Source of the DNA: an uncultured delta proteobacterium
GTDB lineage: Bacteria > Myxococcota > UBA727 > VGSZ01
Direction: 5' to 3'
NCBI GenBank assembly: GCA_963775425.1
Contig: CAVZJB010000014.1
Span: forward strand, 191,205 to 255,204
DNA length: 64,000 nucleotides
Shown here in pieces: positions 9,183 through 19,760 of this stretch. Under the pieces are notes generated by a model. That model saw only the letters and a list, made by a program, of their open reading frames with translations, searched no databases and had not been told where the DNA came from. The translations under genes were made by a program, and so were the position numbers. Positions within the stretch are counted from its first letter, which is position 1; each line of letters opens with the position of its first letter.

Positions 9183-10238
9183 GTGCGGGCGCCACAGGGG
9201 CGCCGCGCGAGATCCGCGCCTCAAGCCGGCAGCGCGCGAGCCGATGCAGCGGGGGTGCCCTCGACGACCTCACTCTGCGTCGTGATCGCCCTCGCCGCGC
9301 CGGCGGCGGCGTGCGGCCACCACGTCCGGCACGCCCTGGAAGCGCAGGAGTCCGACACGTCTCTCGAGCCCGCGCTCGTCGAGCCGCTCTCCCCCGTGTC
9401 CGGCGTCGACCCGCGGCGCGCGCGGGTCGGGCGGCGCCTCTTCTTCGACAAGCGCCTGTCGCGCGACGAGTCGATCTCCTGTGCGAGCTGCCACGATCTC
9501 GCCCGCGGCGGCGCCGACGGCCGGCGCGTGTCCGTCGGCGTCGACGGGCACACCGGCGTGCGCAACGCACCGTCGGTGCTCAACGCGGCGCTGAGCTTCA
9601 CGCAGTTCTGGGATGGGCGCGCGCCGACGCTGGAGGCCCAGGCGCTCGCCCCCGTCGACAACCCGAACGAGATGGGCGCGAGCTGGCCCGTCGTCGTCGC
9701 CCGCATCCGCGCCGACGAGAGCCTGTCGCGCGATCTCGCCGCCGAGGACCCGCGCGGGGTCACGGCGGGGAGCATCGTCGCCGCCATCGCCGCGTACGAG
9801 CGCACGCTGCTCCCTCTCGACAGCCCCTTCGATCGTTCCCTGCGCGGCGACGAGAGCGCGCTGTCCGCGCAGGCGAAAGACGGCTACCGCCTGTTCAAGG
9901 CCCTCGGCTGCGTCGCGTGCCACCAGGGCCGCGGCCTCGGCGGCAACATGTTCCAGAAGCTCGGCGTCGTCGTCGAGGTGCCCGTCGACGACCCGGGCCG
10001 CTTCGCCGTCACCGGCGACCCGCGCGACCGCTCCACCTTCAAGGTCCCGAGCCTGCGCAACGTAGCGCTCACCGCCCCCTACCTCCACGACGGCTCCGCC
10101 GCCACCCTCGAGGACGCCGTGCGGACGATGGGCTGGCACCAGCTCGGCGTCCACCTCGGCGACGCCGACGTCGCGCGCCTCGTCGCGTTCCTCGCGTCTT
10201 TGACCGGCGCGCCGCCGCAGGAGGATGACGGTGCCTGA
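9183..10238 (+). CDS. Di-haem cytochrome c peroxidase family protein
   Basis: GRRLFFDKRLS..ISCASCH, RNAPSV.N, QFWDGRA.TLE.QA..P..NP.EM, CVACH, FKVPSLRNVALTAPYLHDGS. Start uncertain. Confidence 0.92.
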   Translation: MRAPQGRRARSAPQAGSARADAAGVPSTTSLCVVIALAAPAAACGHHVRHALEAQESDTSLEPALVEPLSPVSGVDPRRARVGRRLFFDKRLSRDESISCASCHDLARGGADGRRVSVGVDGHTGVRNAPSVLNAALSFTQFWDGRAPTLEAQALAPVDNPNEMGASWPVVVARIRADESLSRDLAAEDPRGVTAGSIVAAIAAYERTLLPLDSPFDRSLRGDESALSAQAKDGYRLFKALGCVACHQGRGLGGNMFQKLGVVVEVPVDDPGRFAVTGDPRDRSTFKVPSLRNVALTAPYLHDGSAATLEDAVRTMGWHQLGVHLGDADVARLVAFLASLTGAPPQEDDGA

Positions 10239-12006
10239 GCGCGGGCGGAACTGGCGTCGCGCGCTCGCGGCCTTCGGCGGCGGCTGCGTCGTCGTGTCCG
10301 GCGTCGTCATCTGGAAGGCCGCGTCCTTCGACCCCGTCACGCAGGCGGCCGCCGCCGACGCCCTCGAAGACGTCAAGGTCGTCGACGGCGAGCTGCAGCG
10401 CTACGTGCTCGCCGCGCGCTTCGGGCTGCTGCAGCAGTACGATCCGCTCGTCACGAAGAGCCGCGAGCTGGCCGCGGCGACCGCGCGCGCGCGCGGGGCG
10501 ATCCAGCGGCTCGACGGCGCCGCGGCGCCGCAGCCGGAGCTGCGCGCGCTCGACGCCGCCGTGAACGCGCGGCTCGCCGCCGTGGAGCGTTTCAAGCCGG
10601 CGAACGCCACGCTCGCGAACTCGCTGCGCTTCTTGCCGTCGGCCCTGCGCGCGGAGACCCGCGCCGTCGAGGCGAACGGGCCGCGCGAGCAGTGGCTCGC
10701 GGGCGCGTGCCTCCTCGGCGAGCTGGCGCTCACCGAGAACGTCGGCGTCAGCGACGCGGGCGCGCAATTCGAGAGCCTCGCCGCCACGCTCGACAAGACC
10801 GCCGCCGCGTTCCCCGCCGCGACGGTGCAGCAGACGGAGCTCCTCGTGCGGCACGCGCGCCTGATCGACAGCGGGGCGCGGGCGATGAGGCCGCTGATGG
10901 CGACGCTCACCGACAACAGCGTCGAGGACGCCGTCCACCGGCTGCGCGCCGCCCACGACGTCGAGGCCACGCCCGGCGAGGAGTCCGCGGCGCGCTGGCG
11001 GTGGGCGCAGTGGGCGTGGGTGGCGGTGCTCCTGGCGCTCGTCATCGCGGGCGGAAAGAAGCTCGTGGACCTCTATGTCACGCTCGAGCGCCGGGTGGCG
11101 GAGCGCACCCAGGAGCTGCGCGCGACGCTCGAGGAGCAGCGCCGCATGGAGATCGAGCTGCGCCAGGCCCAGAAGCTCTCCGCGGTGGGCCAGCTCGCGG
11201 CGGGCGTCGCCCACGAGCTCAACACGCCCATCCAATACGTCTCGGACAACACGCTGTTTCTCAAGCGCAGCTTCGAAAAGCTCGTCGCCACCGCCGTCGG
11301 CTACCAGAGCGCCGCGCAGACCGGCGTCGGCATGGAGGCGGCCGATCAGGCCGCCGCGCGCGCGCGGCTGCCGTACCTCGCCGACGAGGTGCCGAAGGCG
11401 ATCGATCAGTCCATGGAGGGCCTGCGCCGCGTGGCGTCCATCGTCACCGCGTTGAAGGGCTTCTCGCACCCCTCGCGCGGGGAGAAGACGATGGTGTCGC
11501 TGCGCGAGGCCGCGGAGACCACGTCCACCGTGGCGCGCAACGAGTGGAAGTACGTGGCCGACCTCGACCTCGACATCGCCGACGACCTGCCCTTGGTGCC
11601 GGCGCTGCGCGACGAGCTCAACCAGGTGATCTTGAACCTCGTGGTGAACGCGGCGCACGCCATCGAGGAGAAGAGCGCGGGCACCGAGCGCCGCGGGCGC
11701 ATCACGATCTCCGCCCGCGTCGCCGGCGACGACGCCGAGCTGTCGGTCACCGACGACGGCGCGGGCATCAGCGACGAGGTGAGGCAGCACGTCTTCGAGC
11801 CCTTCTTCACCACCAAGCCCGTGGGGAAGGGCACCGGCCAGGGCCTCGCCATGGTCTACGCCGTCGTCGTCAAGAAGCACGGCGGCGTCGTCCGGCTGGA
11901 CTCGGAGCCCGGCCGCGGCACCACCGTCACGATCTCGCTGCCGCTCGGCGAGCGGGGCGGTCCCGATGACGTCGACGCCACCCCGGCCCCGGCCGCGGCC
12001 GCCTGA
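10225..12006 (+). CDS. Membrane sensor histidine kinase with DAHL-like all-helical periplasmic domain
   Basis: TM, helical sensor (ARFGLLQQYDPLV, VERFK..NATLANSLRFLP), second TM, H-box AHELNTP, N-box NLVVNA, DDGAG, FEPFFTTK, GTGQGL. Confidence 0.88.
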   Translation: MTVPERGRNWRRALAAFGGGCVVVSGVVIWKAASFDPVTQAAAADALEDVKVVDGELQRYVLAARFGLLQQYDPLVTKSRELAAATARARGAIQRLDGAAAPQPELRALDAAVNARLAAVERFKPANATLANSLRFLPSALRAETRAVEANGPREQWLAGACLLGELALTENVGVSDAGAQFESLAATLDKTAAAFPAATVQQTELLVRHARLIDSGARAMRPLMATLTDNSVEDAVHRLRAAHDVEATPGEESAARWRWAQWAWVAVLLALVIAGGKKLVDLYVTLERRVAERTQELRATLEEQRRMEIELRQAQKLSAVGQLAAGVAHELNTPIQYVSDNTLFLKRSFEKLVATAVGYQSAAQTGVGMEAADQAAARARLPYLADEVPKAIDQSMEGLRRVASIVTALKGFSHPSRGEKTMVSLREAAETTSTVARNEWKYVADLDLDIADDLPLVPALRDELNQVILNLVVNAAHAIEEKSAGTERRGRITISARVAGDDAELSVTDDGAGISDEVRQHVFEPFFTTKPVGKGTGQGLAMVYAVVVKKHGGVVRLDSEPGRGTTVTISLPLGERGGPDDVDATPAPAAAA

Positions 12007-12012
12007 GCACGC

Positions 12013-13539
<1,527 letters not shown>

Positions 13540-13735
13540 CGCGCCAAGAGTAGCGCGCTCGGCCGCGGCGCTCTCGTTGGGCCACCGACCCGCGACCCAC
13601 GACCCACGACGCCGTCGCGCGCGTGAGCCTGCCCCGGGACGCCACGCGCCGCGCGCGATCGACGCACCGCGGCGCGTGGGCGCTGCCGGATTGCGCTTCG
13701 AGGCTCGCGTGCTCTCATCGCGGGTGGAGGTCCGC

Positions 13736-14248
13736 ATGCGCTCGTCCCCGCTCGTCCGCTCCGCCGCCGTCGCCTTCGCAGTCGTGGCCGCGATGCTCGG
13801 CAGCGCCCGCGCGGACGCCGCGCCGAGCGGCAAGCTCGAGGCCGCGGTGGTCGCCAACGCCGACGCCGTCGTCGAAAAGACCGGCGAGCCCGAGGTGCAG
13901 TTCGTCGCCACCCACATCGTCGCGAGCGACCTCGCCAACAAGCGGCTCGTCTGGACGCTGTTCGTGAAGCGCAAGCTCGCGCCCTGGACCGCCGCGCGGA
14001 ACTACCCCCTCGGCACATCGTTCGCGAAGAGCGCGCGGCAGCCGCTGCCCGACGTCAAAGGCGCGCTCCTGTACGCCACCCTCGCCACCGACGGCTTCCT
14101 CCCCGGCGAGCACGAGGCCGCCGTCGTCGCCACCGTCGCGGGCAAGGAGGTCTTCCGCGAGGAGCTCTCCTTCGTGCTGAAGGCGCACGCCTTCCACCCG
14201 CTCGCGAAGCCGCTGCCCGCCATGGCCGGCGCCACCGCCCGCCGCTAA
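13736..14248 (+). CDS. Hypothetical secreted protein
   Basis: GGAGG RBS, ATG at 13736, signal peptide ending ARA-DA, GC-rich third codon positions. Confidence 0.7.
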   Translation: MRSSPLVRSAAVAFAVVAAMLGSARADAAPSGKLEAAVVANADAVVEKTGEPEVQFVATHIVASDLANKRLVWTLFVKRKLAPWTAARNYPLGTSFAKSARQPLPDVKGALLYATLATDGFLPGEHEAAVVATVAGKEVFREELSFVLKAHAFHPLAKPLPAMAGATARR

Positions 14249-14287
14249 ACACCGATCAGGTTGCCGCGAGCGTTCGGACGCGGCTCA

Positions 14288-14478
14288 GACAACGAGCCGT
14301 TCCTTCTCGAGCTCCGCGCGGCGCGCCGAACGCCGGAGGGGCGCCTTCGCGCTCGCGATCGCAACCACGTCGAGCACGGGCTGGCACGCCTCGCGACGCG
14401 CAGCGGCCCCCGCGCTCGCTCCCGTGGGCGGCGCAAGAATCTCTTCGAGCGCCGCCACGCCTCCGTCGTCAACCTGCG
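14288..14478 (+). mobile_element. Transposase C-terminal remnant (IS1182-like), copy 1
   Basis: Translates DNEPFLLELRAARRTPEGRLRARDRNHVEHGLARLATRSGPRARSRGRRKNLFERRHASVVNL, resembling the 'R..VEH..A......ARYRG..KN' DDE tail. Near-identical DNA at 19634-19716 on the other strand. Confidence 0.6.
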
Positions 14479-14620
14479 GCCAGGCTGTTCGTGGGGCTGC
14501 GCTCACGGCACAGCGACGAGAGCGAGCTGCACGACGTCCTCGCGCTCGACGACTTCTGCGCGCACCCGCCCCGCTATCGCTTGCTCGGGCACAACGACTG
14601 GATCCTCGGCCGCGGCGACG

Positions 14621-14782
14621 TCACTTCGCCGGCTTCTCGCCCGTTTTCCTCTCGGCCTCGAGCTTCTCCTTGAGCTTCTCGAGGCGCCTGCCGCTGCGGT
14701 CGCCGATGGTGGACCGGTAGAGGATGGAGCCGAAGGCGGTGAGCACCACGGTGAGCGCGCCGATGACGATGGCTACTTCCAT
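14621..14782 (-). CDS. Small single-TM protein (53 aa), coupled to the DUF1552 gene
   Basis: MEVAIVIGALTVVLTAFGSILYRSTIGDRSGRRLEKLKEKLEAERKTGEKPAK*. TGATG overlap with the upstream stop. Confidence 0.7.
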   Translation of the reverse strand: MEVAIVIGALTVVLTAFGSILYRSTIGDRSGRRLEKLKEKLEAERKTGEKPAK

Positions 14783-16173
14783 CAGGCAAGAACCTCGGAG
14801 ACCGGCGTGTTGCTCGATTCGAGGCCGTTGCCAATGGAGGACCGGGCGCTGCCCATGGCCTCGAGGATGGTGACGAGCACGTTGTTGGTGTTCTTGCGGA
14901 TGCCGAGGGTGGTGCCGCCCCGGACGTGGATGCCGGGGAACTTCATGGCGCCGCCGCACTTGCCGGCGAGCACGATGGGGTAGTCAGCGTTGCTGTGCGT
15001 GAGGCCCTCGGCGAGGTCGCTGGTGGCGAGCCACAACGACTGGTCGAGGAGGTTGCCCGCCCCCTCGGGGGTGTTTTGGAGCTTCACCAGCAGGTCGTTG
15101 AAGCGGGCCATGGTGTAGACGGTGCAGGCGTGCACGAGGTCCTGGGTGGCGTCGCTGCCGTCGTGGGTCATGTCGTGGTGGCCCGTGGTGACGCCGGGGA
15201 CGTCGTGGAACACGGTGTAGCCCACGGAGCCCGTGAACATGAAGGAGGCCGTGCGCGTGATGTCGCAGGCCATGGCGAGCACCACGATGTCGCTCATGGC
15301 GTCGTTGACGGCGATGAGCTGCTCCTCGCCGCCGACGTCGCTGTTGTCCTCGGTGACGGGGTCGGGGATCTGGCAGGCGCCCGACAGCACCGGGGGCAGC
15401 GCGAGGATGCGTTGGCGCAGCTCGCTGATGCCCGTGAGGTGCGCGTCGAGGCGCTGGCGATCGTTCTGGCCCAGGCGGCCCTGGAGGGCGCGCGCCTCGT
15501 CGGCGACGGCGTCGAGCACGCTGACGCGCAGGTTCTGGCGCGGGTCCGTGGAGTCCGGCGGCGTGAACGAGCCGAACATGCGCGTGAACAGCGCCGCCGG
15601 CGAGCGCTCCGGCTCGATGGGGTTGTCCGGCCCGCGGTGCGAGATGAACTCGAGGGTGGGCCCCTCCGACGTCACGATGCGCTTGCTCACGCCGAGCGCG
15701 AGCACGGGCTTGTCGGGCGACAGCTCGCTCGCCAGGAGCTGATCGATGCTCGGCCCGCCGAACTTGGAGCTGTAGTTGGAGTTGGGGTGGTCGAGGGCGA
15801 TGAACTCGACGCCGGAGAGCATGCCGCTCTCGCCGCCGTGGTGGCCGCGCGGGCCCGCCGCCTTGACCTCGTAGTTGGACACGACGTTGAGGTAGTCCTT
15901 CACCGGCGCGAGGGGCGCCAGCGCCGGCGACAGCGTGAAGCCCGCGCCGGTGTTCGGCGGGTTCCAGCGATCGAGGCGCACGCCGTTGCCCCAGAACCAC
16001 ACGCCGAAGCGCTTGGGCAGCGCGCCGCCGTCGGCGAGGGCGTCGCCGTGGTCGTTGAGCATGATGTCGAGGGCGGGCAGCGCGATGGCGACGCCCGCCG
16101 CTCCCCGCAAGAAGGTCCGGCGCGACAAGCTCGTGGCGCGGGGGCGGGTCCCCCGCTTGAGACGGCGGCTCAT
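14782..16173 (-). CDS. DUF1552 family Tat-exported protein
   Basis: SRRTFLRGAAGVAIALPAL Tat signal, GPSIDQ, SVLD.V..E...L..RLG..D..RLDAHL, ACDITR. ATGA overlap with the upstream gene. Confidence 0.9.
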   Translation of the reverse strand: MSRRLKRGTRPRATSLSRRTFLRGAAGVAIALPALDIMLNDHGDALADGGALPKRFGVWFWGNGVRLDRWNPPNTGAGFTLSPALAPLAPVKDYLNVVSNYEVKAAGPRGHHGGESGMLSGVEFIALDHPNSNYSSKFGGPSIDQLLASELSPDKPVLALGVSKRIVTSEGPTLEFISHRGPDNPIEPERSPAALFTRMFGSFTPPDSTDPRQNLRVSVLDAVADEARALQGRLGQNDRQRLDAHLTGISELRQRILALPPVLSGACQIPDPVTEDNSDVGGEEQLIAVNDAMSDIVVLAMACDITRTASFMFTGSVGYTVFHDVPGVTTGHHDMTHDGSDATQDLVHACTVYTMARFNDLLVKLQNTPEGAGNLLDQSLWLATSDLAEGLTHSNADYPIVLAGKCGGAMKFPGIHVRGGTTLGIRKNTNNVLVTILEAMGSARSSIGNGLESSNTPVSEVLA

Positions 16174-17852
16174 GGGGCACCCTCCGGGCGGGCTACGCGT
16201 CTGAAGGCGTCCGACGTGGCGATGTCGACGAGGGCCTCCTTCAGGCGATAGCCGCTGTCCTCGAAGGCCTGGCCGACGAGGTCGAGCGACGGATCTTCGC
16301 TGTCGGACTCGACGTGGCCGGTGGCCTGGCGGAAGAGGTTTCGCACCAGGCACATGGGGACGTCCGCGGAGTCCCCCAGCGCCCGCTCGAGGGCGATGCC
16401 GTCGGCGACGGGGACGCCGTCGACGTCGGTGGCGGTGTTGATGGGCAGCCCGCGCTCGTGGGTGCGGAAGCGGCCGACCTGATCGAAGCTCTCGAGCGCG
16501 AAGCCGAGCGGGTCCATCATCGAGTGGCAGCCGGCGCAGCTCGGGTTGTCCATGTGCGCCTCCATGCGGTCGCGCGTGGTCTGCGGCAGGTCCTGCTCCG
16601 TGGGCTCCGGCAGCGTGGTGTTGACGTTGTCCGGCGGCGCGGGCACCGCCTGGCACATCAGGCTCTCGCGGATGAACTTGCCGCGCAGCGTGGGCGAGCT
16701 CCTGTGCTCGTGGGCGAAGCGCGCGAGGAACGCGCCCTGCGTGAGCAGGCCCGCGCGGTGCGTGGAGGGATCGAGCGTGACCTTGACGAACTGCGGGCCG
16801 CTGCCGGGCAGGGGGAGCCCGTAGAACGAGGCGAGGTCGTCGTTCAAAAAGGTGTAGCCGCCGGAGAACAGCTCGCGGGCGTCGGCGTTCCTGTCCCAGA
16901 CCACGTCGTCGATGAAGCGCAGCGACTCCTGGCGCATGTCGGCGCGGACGTCGTCGGTGAGGCCGGCGTCGGGCCGCTCGACCACCGGCAGGAAGTCGGT
17001 CATCCCGAGCTTCTCGTCGAAGAACTGGTGCAGCGCGTCCCGGGCGCGGGGATCGTCGAGGAGCTGCTCGGCGTAGACGCGCACGCCGTCTTTGTCGTCG
17101 AGGTCGCCGCGCTCGGCGGCGTCGAGCAGGGCGTCCGACGGCGTGGTGCCGAGGAGGAAGAACGACAGCCGCGACGCGACCTCGTTCCCCGTGAGCGGCC
17201 GATCGTCGCCGCTGCCGGCGCCGACCTCGACGAGGTAGATGAAGCTCGGCGACTGGAAGATGCCGGCCACGGCGAACTCGAGGCCCATGTCGAAGTCGCC
17301 GTAGCCGTCCTTGGCCTCGGCCCAGATGCCGGTCCAGCGATCGAGCTCCTCGGGCGTGAGGGCGCGGCGGAAGGCGCGCCGTCCGACGGCGGAGATGATC
17401 TGGCGGGCGCAGTCCTCGTCGTCGAACGCCGCCGGCGCGCACACGCGCCACGACTGCGGCGCGCCGCCGTGCACCGCGATCTGCGCCGCGGCGAAGGCGT
17501 TGTCTTCGATCTTGTCGACGTCCGTGGGGTCGAGGGCGAGGCTGGCGCTGCCGACGGTGGCGAAGCCGTTCACCGGGTGATCGCCGAGGGGCTGGACCGC
17601 CGCGGCGGCGTCGTCGCCGAGGATGTCGCGGATGGCGTTTTCGTACTGGTACGAGACCAGCCGCCGCAGCCGCGCGTCGGCGGGGGCGAACGTCCCGGGG
17701 CGGTCCGGCAGCGTGTGCTCGCCGTCGTCCCCCGGCTGGCCCGGCTGGCCCGGCCCGCCCGCGACGTGGCCGTGGGGGAGCTGGACGGTGCACGCGGGCG
17801 CGAGCGCCGCCGCACAGGCGGCAAAGGCGGCGATCCAGGGCGCGCGTGGCAT
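16170..17852 (-). CDS. DUF1592/DUF1588 family lipoprotein with CxxCH
   Basis: LRRL...QYENAIRD, RAFRR.LT, SPSFIY, ASRLSFFL, RAGLLTQ, SSPTLRGKFIR, CAGCH..MDPLGFALE.FD..GRFR. Confidence 0.9.
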   Translation of the reverse strand: MPRAPWIAAFAACAAALAPACTVQLPHGHVAGGPGQPGQPGDDGEHTLPDRPGTFAPADARLRRLVSYQYENAIRDILGDDAAAAVQPLGDHPVNGFATVGSASLALDPTDVDKIEDNAFAAAQIAVHGGAPQSWRVCAPAAFDDEDCARQIISAVGRRAFRRALTPEELDRWTGIWAEAKDGYGDFDMGLEFAVAGIFQSPSFIYLVEVGAGSGDDRPLTGNEVASRLSFFLLGTTPSDALLDAAERGDLDDKDGVRVYAEQLLDDPRARDALHQFFDEKLGMTDFLPVVERPDAGLTDDVRADMRQESLRFIDDVVWDRNADARELFSGGYTFLNDDLASFYGLPLPGSGPQFVKVTLDPSTHRAGLLTQGAFLARFAHEHRSSPTLRGKFIRESLMCQAVPAPPDNVNTTLPEPTEQDLPQTTRDRMEAHMDNPSCAGCHSMMDPLGFALESFDQVGRFRTHERGLPINTATDVDGVPVADGIALERALGDSADVPMCLVRNLFRQATGHVESDSEDPSLDLVGQAFEDSGYRLKEALVDIATSDAFRRVARPEGAP

Positions 17853-17934
17853 CGATCCTCCGGCAGGCGGGCGGACAGTACAGGAGAAGGGTGCCGGGGA
17901 AACCACCGTCGGTCATCCGACGGAGGACCGATGC

Positions 17935-18684
17935 CTAGTCGTGCGTTTCCCCGGGGGGCCACACGGGGCGCGGCAGCCACGCCCGCACGTCGAGGCGCCC
18001 GGCGTAGTGCAGGAGCGGGGGCTCCGCGGGCAGCGCCACGCCGATCTGCTCCGTCATCGCGCAGGAGAGTCCCTCCGCCCGCGCGGGCTGCAGCGGCCAG
18101 GGCGCGTGCGCGATGTCGCCGCGGAGCACGCGGCCGCCGTGCGCGGCGTACAGCGTGAGCCGGTCGGTGAGGAAGTGCTCCAGGGAGCCAGGCGCCGCCT
18201 CACGAGGCGGGCCGTCCGGGGCGTAGCGGAGCTCCAGCCGCGCCGGCGCCGCGCCCGCGTGGGTGCGCGTGCTCGCGTAGGCGACGGCGTCGCCCTCGCG
18301 CGTGACGCGCATGTCCGCGTCGAAGTAGGGCAGGTGGAACCCCGCTCGTGCGGCGCGCACCGCCAGGCGGCTGGCGGCGTCGAGGGAGAAGAACCACACC
18401 CCCGGCGTGCCCCGGCAGGTGACGTACGTCCGCACGTTCAGCTCGGCGAAGCGCGCGGCGCCGGGCACCGGCGGCGCGAAGCGCGCGCGGACGCCGCTCA
18501 TCACGAAGGGCACCACGCCGATGAAGGCGCGCCCGTCGAACGTGTCGAGCGACAGGCCCGCGGGCAGCAGCGGCGCGAGCGCCTCGGCCGGCAGCGGCCA
18601 GTGCAGGAAGAGCAGATCTTCCCACGTCATGCGCATGGCCCAGCGCCGGGGGTGTCGTTGCGCGGCGTGGGGCACGGCTCTCAC
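17935..18684 (-). CDS. YqjF/DUF2071 family protein
   Basis: W.DLLFLHW, LP.GL.LDTFDG, ELNVRTYV, PGVWFFSLDA, LEHFLT.R, I.HAPWPL. Start at 18684 or 18636. Confidence 0.9.
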   Translation of the reverse strand: MRAVPHAAQRHPRRWAMRMTWEDLLFLHWPLPAEALAPLLPAGLSLDTFDGRAFIGVVPFVMSGVRARFAPPVPGAARFAELNVRTYVTCRGTPGVWFFSLDAASRLAVRAARAGFHLPYFDADMRVTREGDAVAYASTRTHAGAAPARLELRYAPDGPPREAAPGSLEHFLTDRLTLYAAHGGRVLRGDIAHAPWPLQPARAEGLSCAMTEQIGVALPAEPPLLHYAGRLDVRAWLPRPVWPPGETHD

Positions 18685-18838
18685 GCTCCGCCGCTTAGCG
18701 CCTGGCCCGGGCGCAGGGAACACGCAGCGGGTGCGGACCGGCCCTGGGTCGATCGCCCGACACCGCAAGAAGTGCCGCCGGCGTCGTGGGCGCGGCGCGA
18801 CGACCGGCTGGTGGATCGCGGCTTGCTGCACCTCTGCC

Positions 18839-19300
18839 GTGCCGAACCACATCGACGACAACCGGCGCGAGGCCCTGGGCCTGGTGCGCCGCCCGCTCGC
18901 CCTGCTGGCCGAGGACGACCTCGACGTGCAGGAGGCGCTCGCGTCGTTCCTCCTCATCGAGGGGTACGACGTCGTCACCGCCGGCAACGGCGCCGACATG
19001 CTCGACGCCCTCGCCCGCTCCGCCGGCGACGTCGGGCGCGACGCCGACGTCATCGTCACCGACGTGCGCATGCCCGGCATGAACGGCTTGAGCATCGCCG
19101 AGGAGCTGCGCGCCGACGGCTGGCGCCAGCCGATCGTGATCATCTCCGCCTACGACGACGCGCTGCTCTTGAGCCGGGTGCGCGGCCTGCGCCGCTGTGC
19201 GTTCTTCGCCAAGCCGCTCGACCCCGAGCGCTTCGTGCGCGTCCTCGACGAGCTGCGCTTCACGCGCTGGCCCGCGACGAGCAGCATGCACCGGCGCTGA
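18839..19300 (+). CDS. Single-domain response regulator (receiver only)
   Basis: LLAEDD, VTDVRMPGMNG, IISAY, KPLD. Confidence 0.85.
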   Translation: MPNHIDDNRREALGLVRRPLALLAEDDLDVQEALASFLLIEGYDVVTAGNGADMLDALARSAGDVGRDADVIVTDVRMPGMNGLSIAEELRADGWRQPIVIISAYDDALLLSRVRGLRRCAFFAKPLDPERFVRVLDELRFTRWPATSSMHRR

Positions 19301-19609
19301 GGCGCCGCCGCGCGCCGGAGCCGAGCCCCGCTCGACGCGCGACGATGCTCCTCGCCGCACGCTGCGGCAGGCGTGCTCCTTGCGGAACACGCCGCCGTTG
19401 CGCGTTTCGAGGATCGCCTGCCATCGCCGATCGTTTCACGCCGACGGGTGCTCCGGCACGCCGGCGCGCTTCGGTGCCGGCTTGCACGGAGGCGGCGGGT
19501 GGAGGGGGAGTTGTGCTCCCACGACGAGCCGGCGTGGCGGGCTCGGGCGAGCGTTTGCGCGCCGGCGTGCCGGATCGAGCGATGTGCCGCAGAGCTTCGA
19601 TGCGACGGC

Positions 19610-19740
19610 CTACGCGGCGTTGGTGGCGAGCGCGCGCAGGTTGACGACGGAGGCGTGGCGGCGCTGGTCGAAGAGATTCTTTTGCTGCCCACGGTAGCGA
19701 GCGCGGGGGCCGCTGCCGTGCCGAAGCCGGCCGACATGCC
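19610..19740 (-). mobile_element. Transposase C-terminal remnant (IS1182-like), copy 2
   Basis: Minus-strand translation ...GSGPRARYRGQQKNLFDQRRHASVVNLRALATNAA*. About 80 bp match copy 1 at 14400-14478. Confidence 0.6.
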
Positions 19741-19760
19741 TTCTCGTAACCGGATCCGCT

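Noticed and set aside
14782-17916. Single 1044-aa ORF
   Set aside because: Only the last 463 aa are real (DUF1552). The rest is an off-frame overlap with the DUF1592 gene.
19460-19521. Hairpins GCCGGCGC-gcttcg-GTGCCGGC and GGGAG-ttgtg-CTCCC as a possible ncRNA or terminator
   Set aside because: Short GC stems are expected by chance, there is no U-tract, and no RNA family is recognisable. An Rfam scan would be needed.
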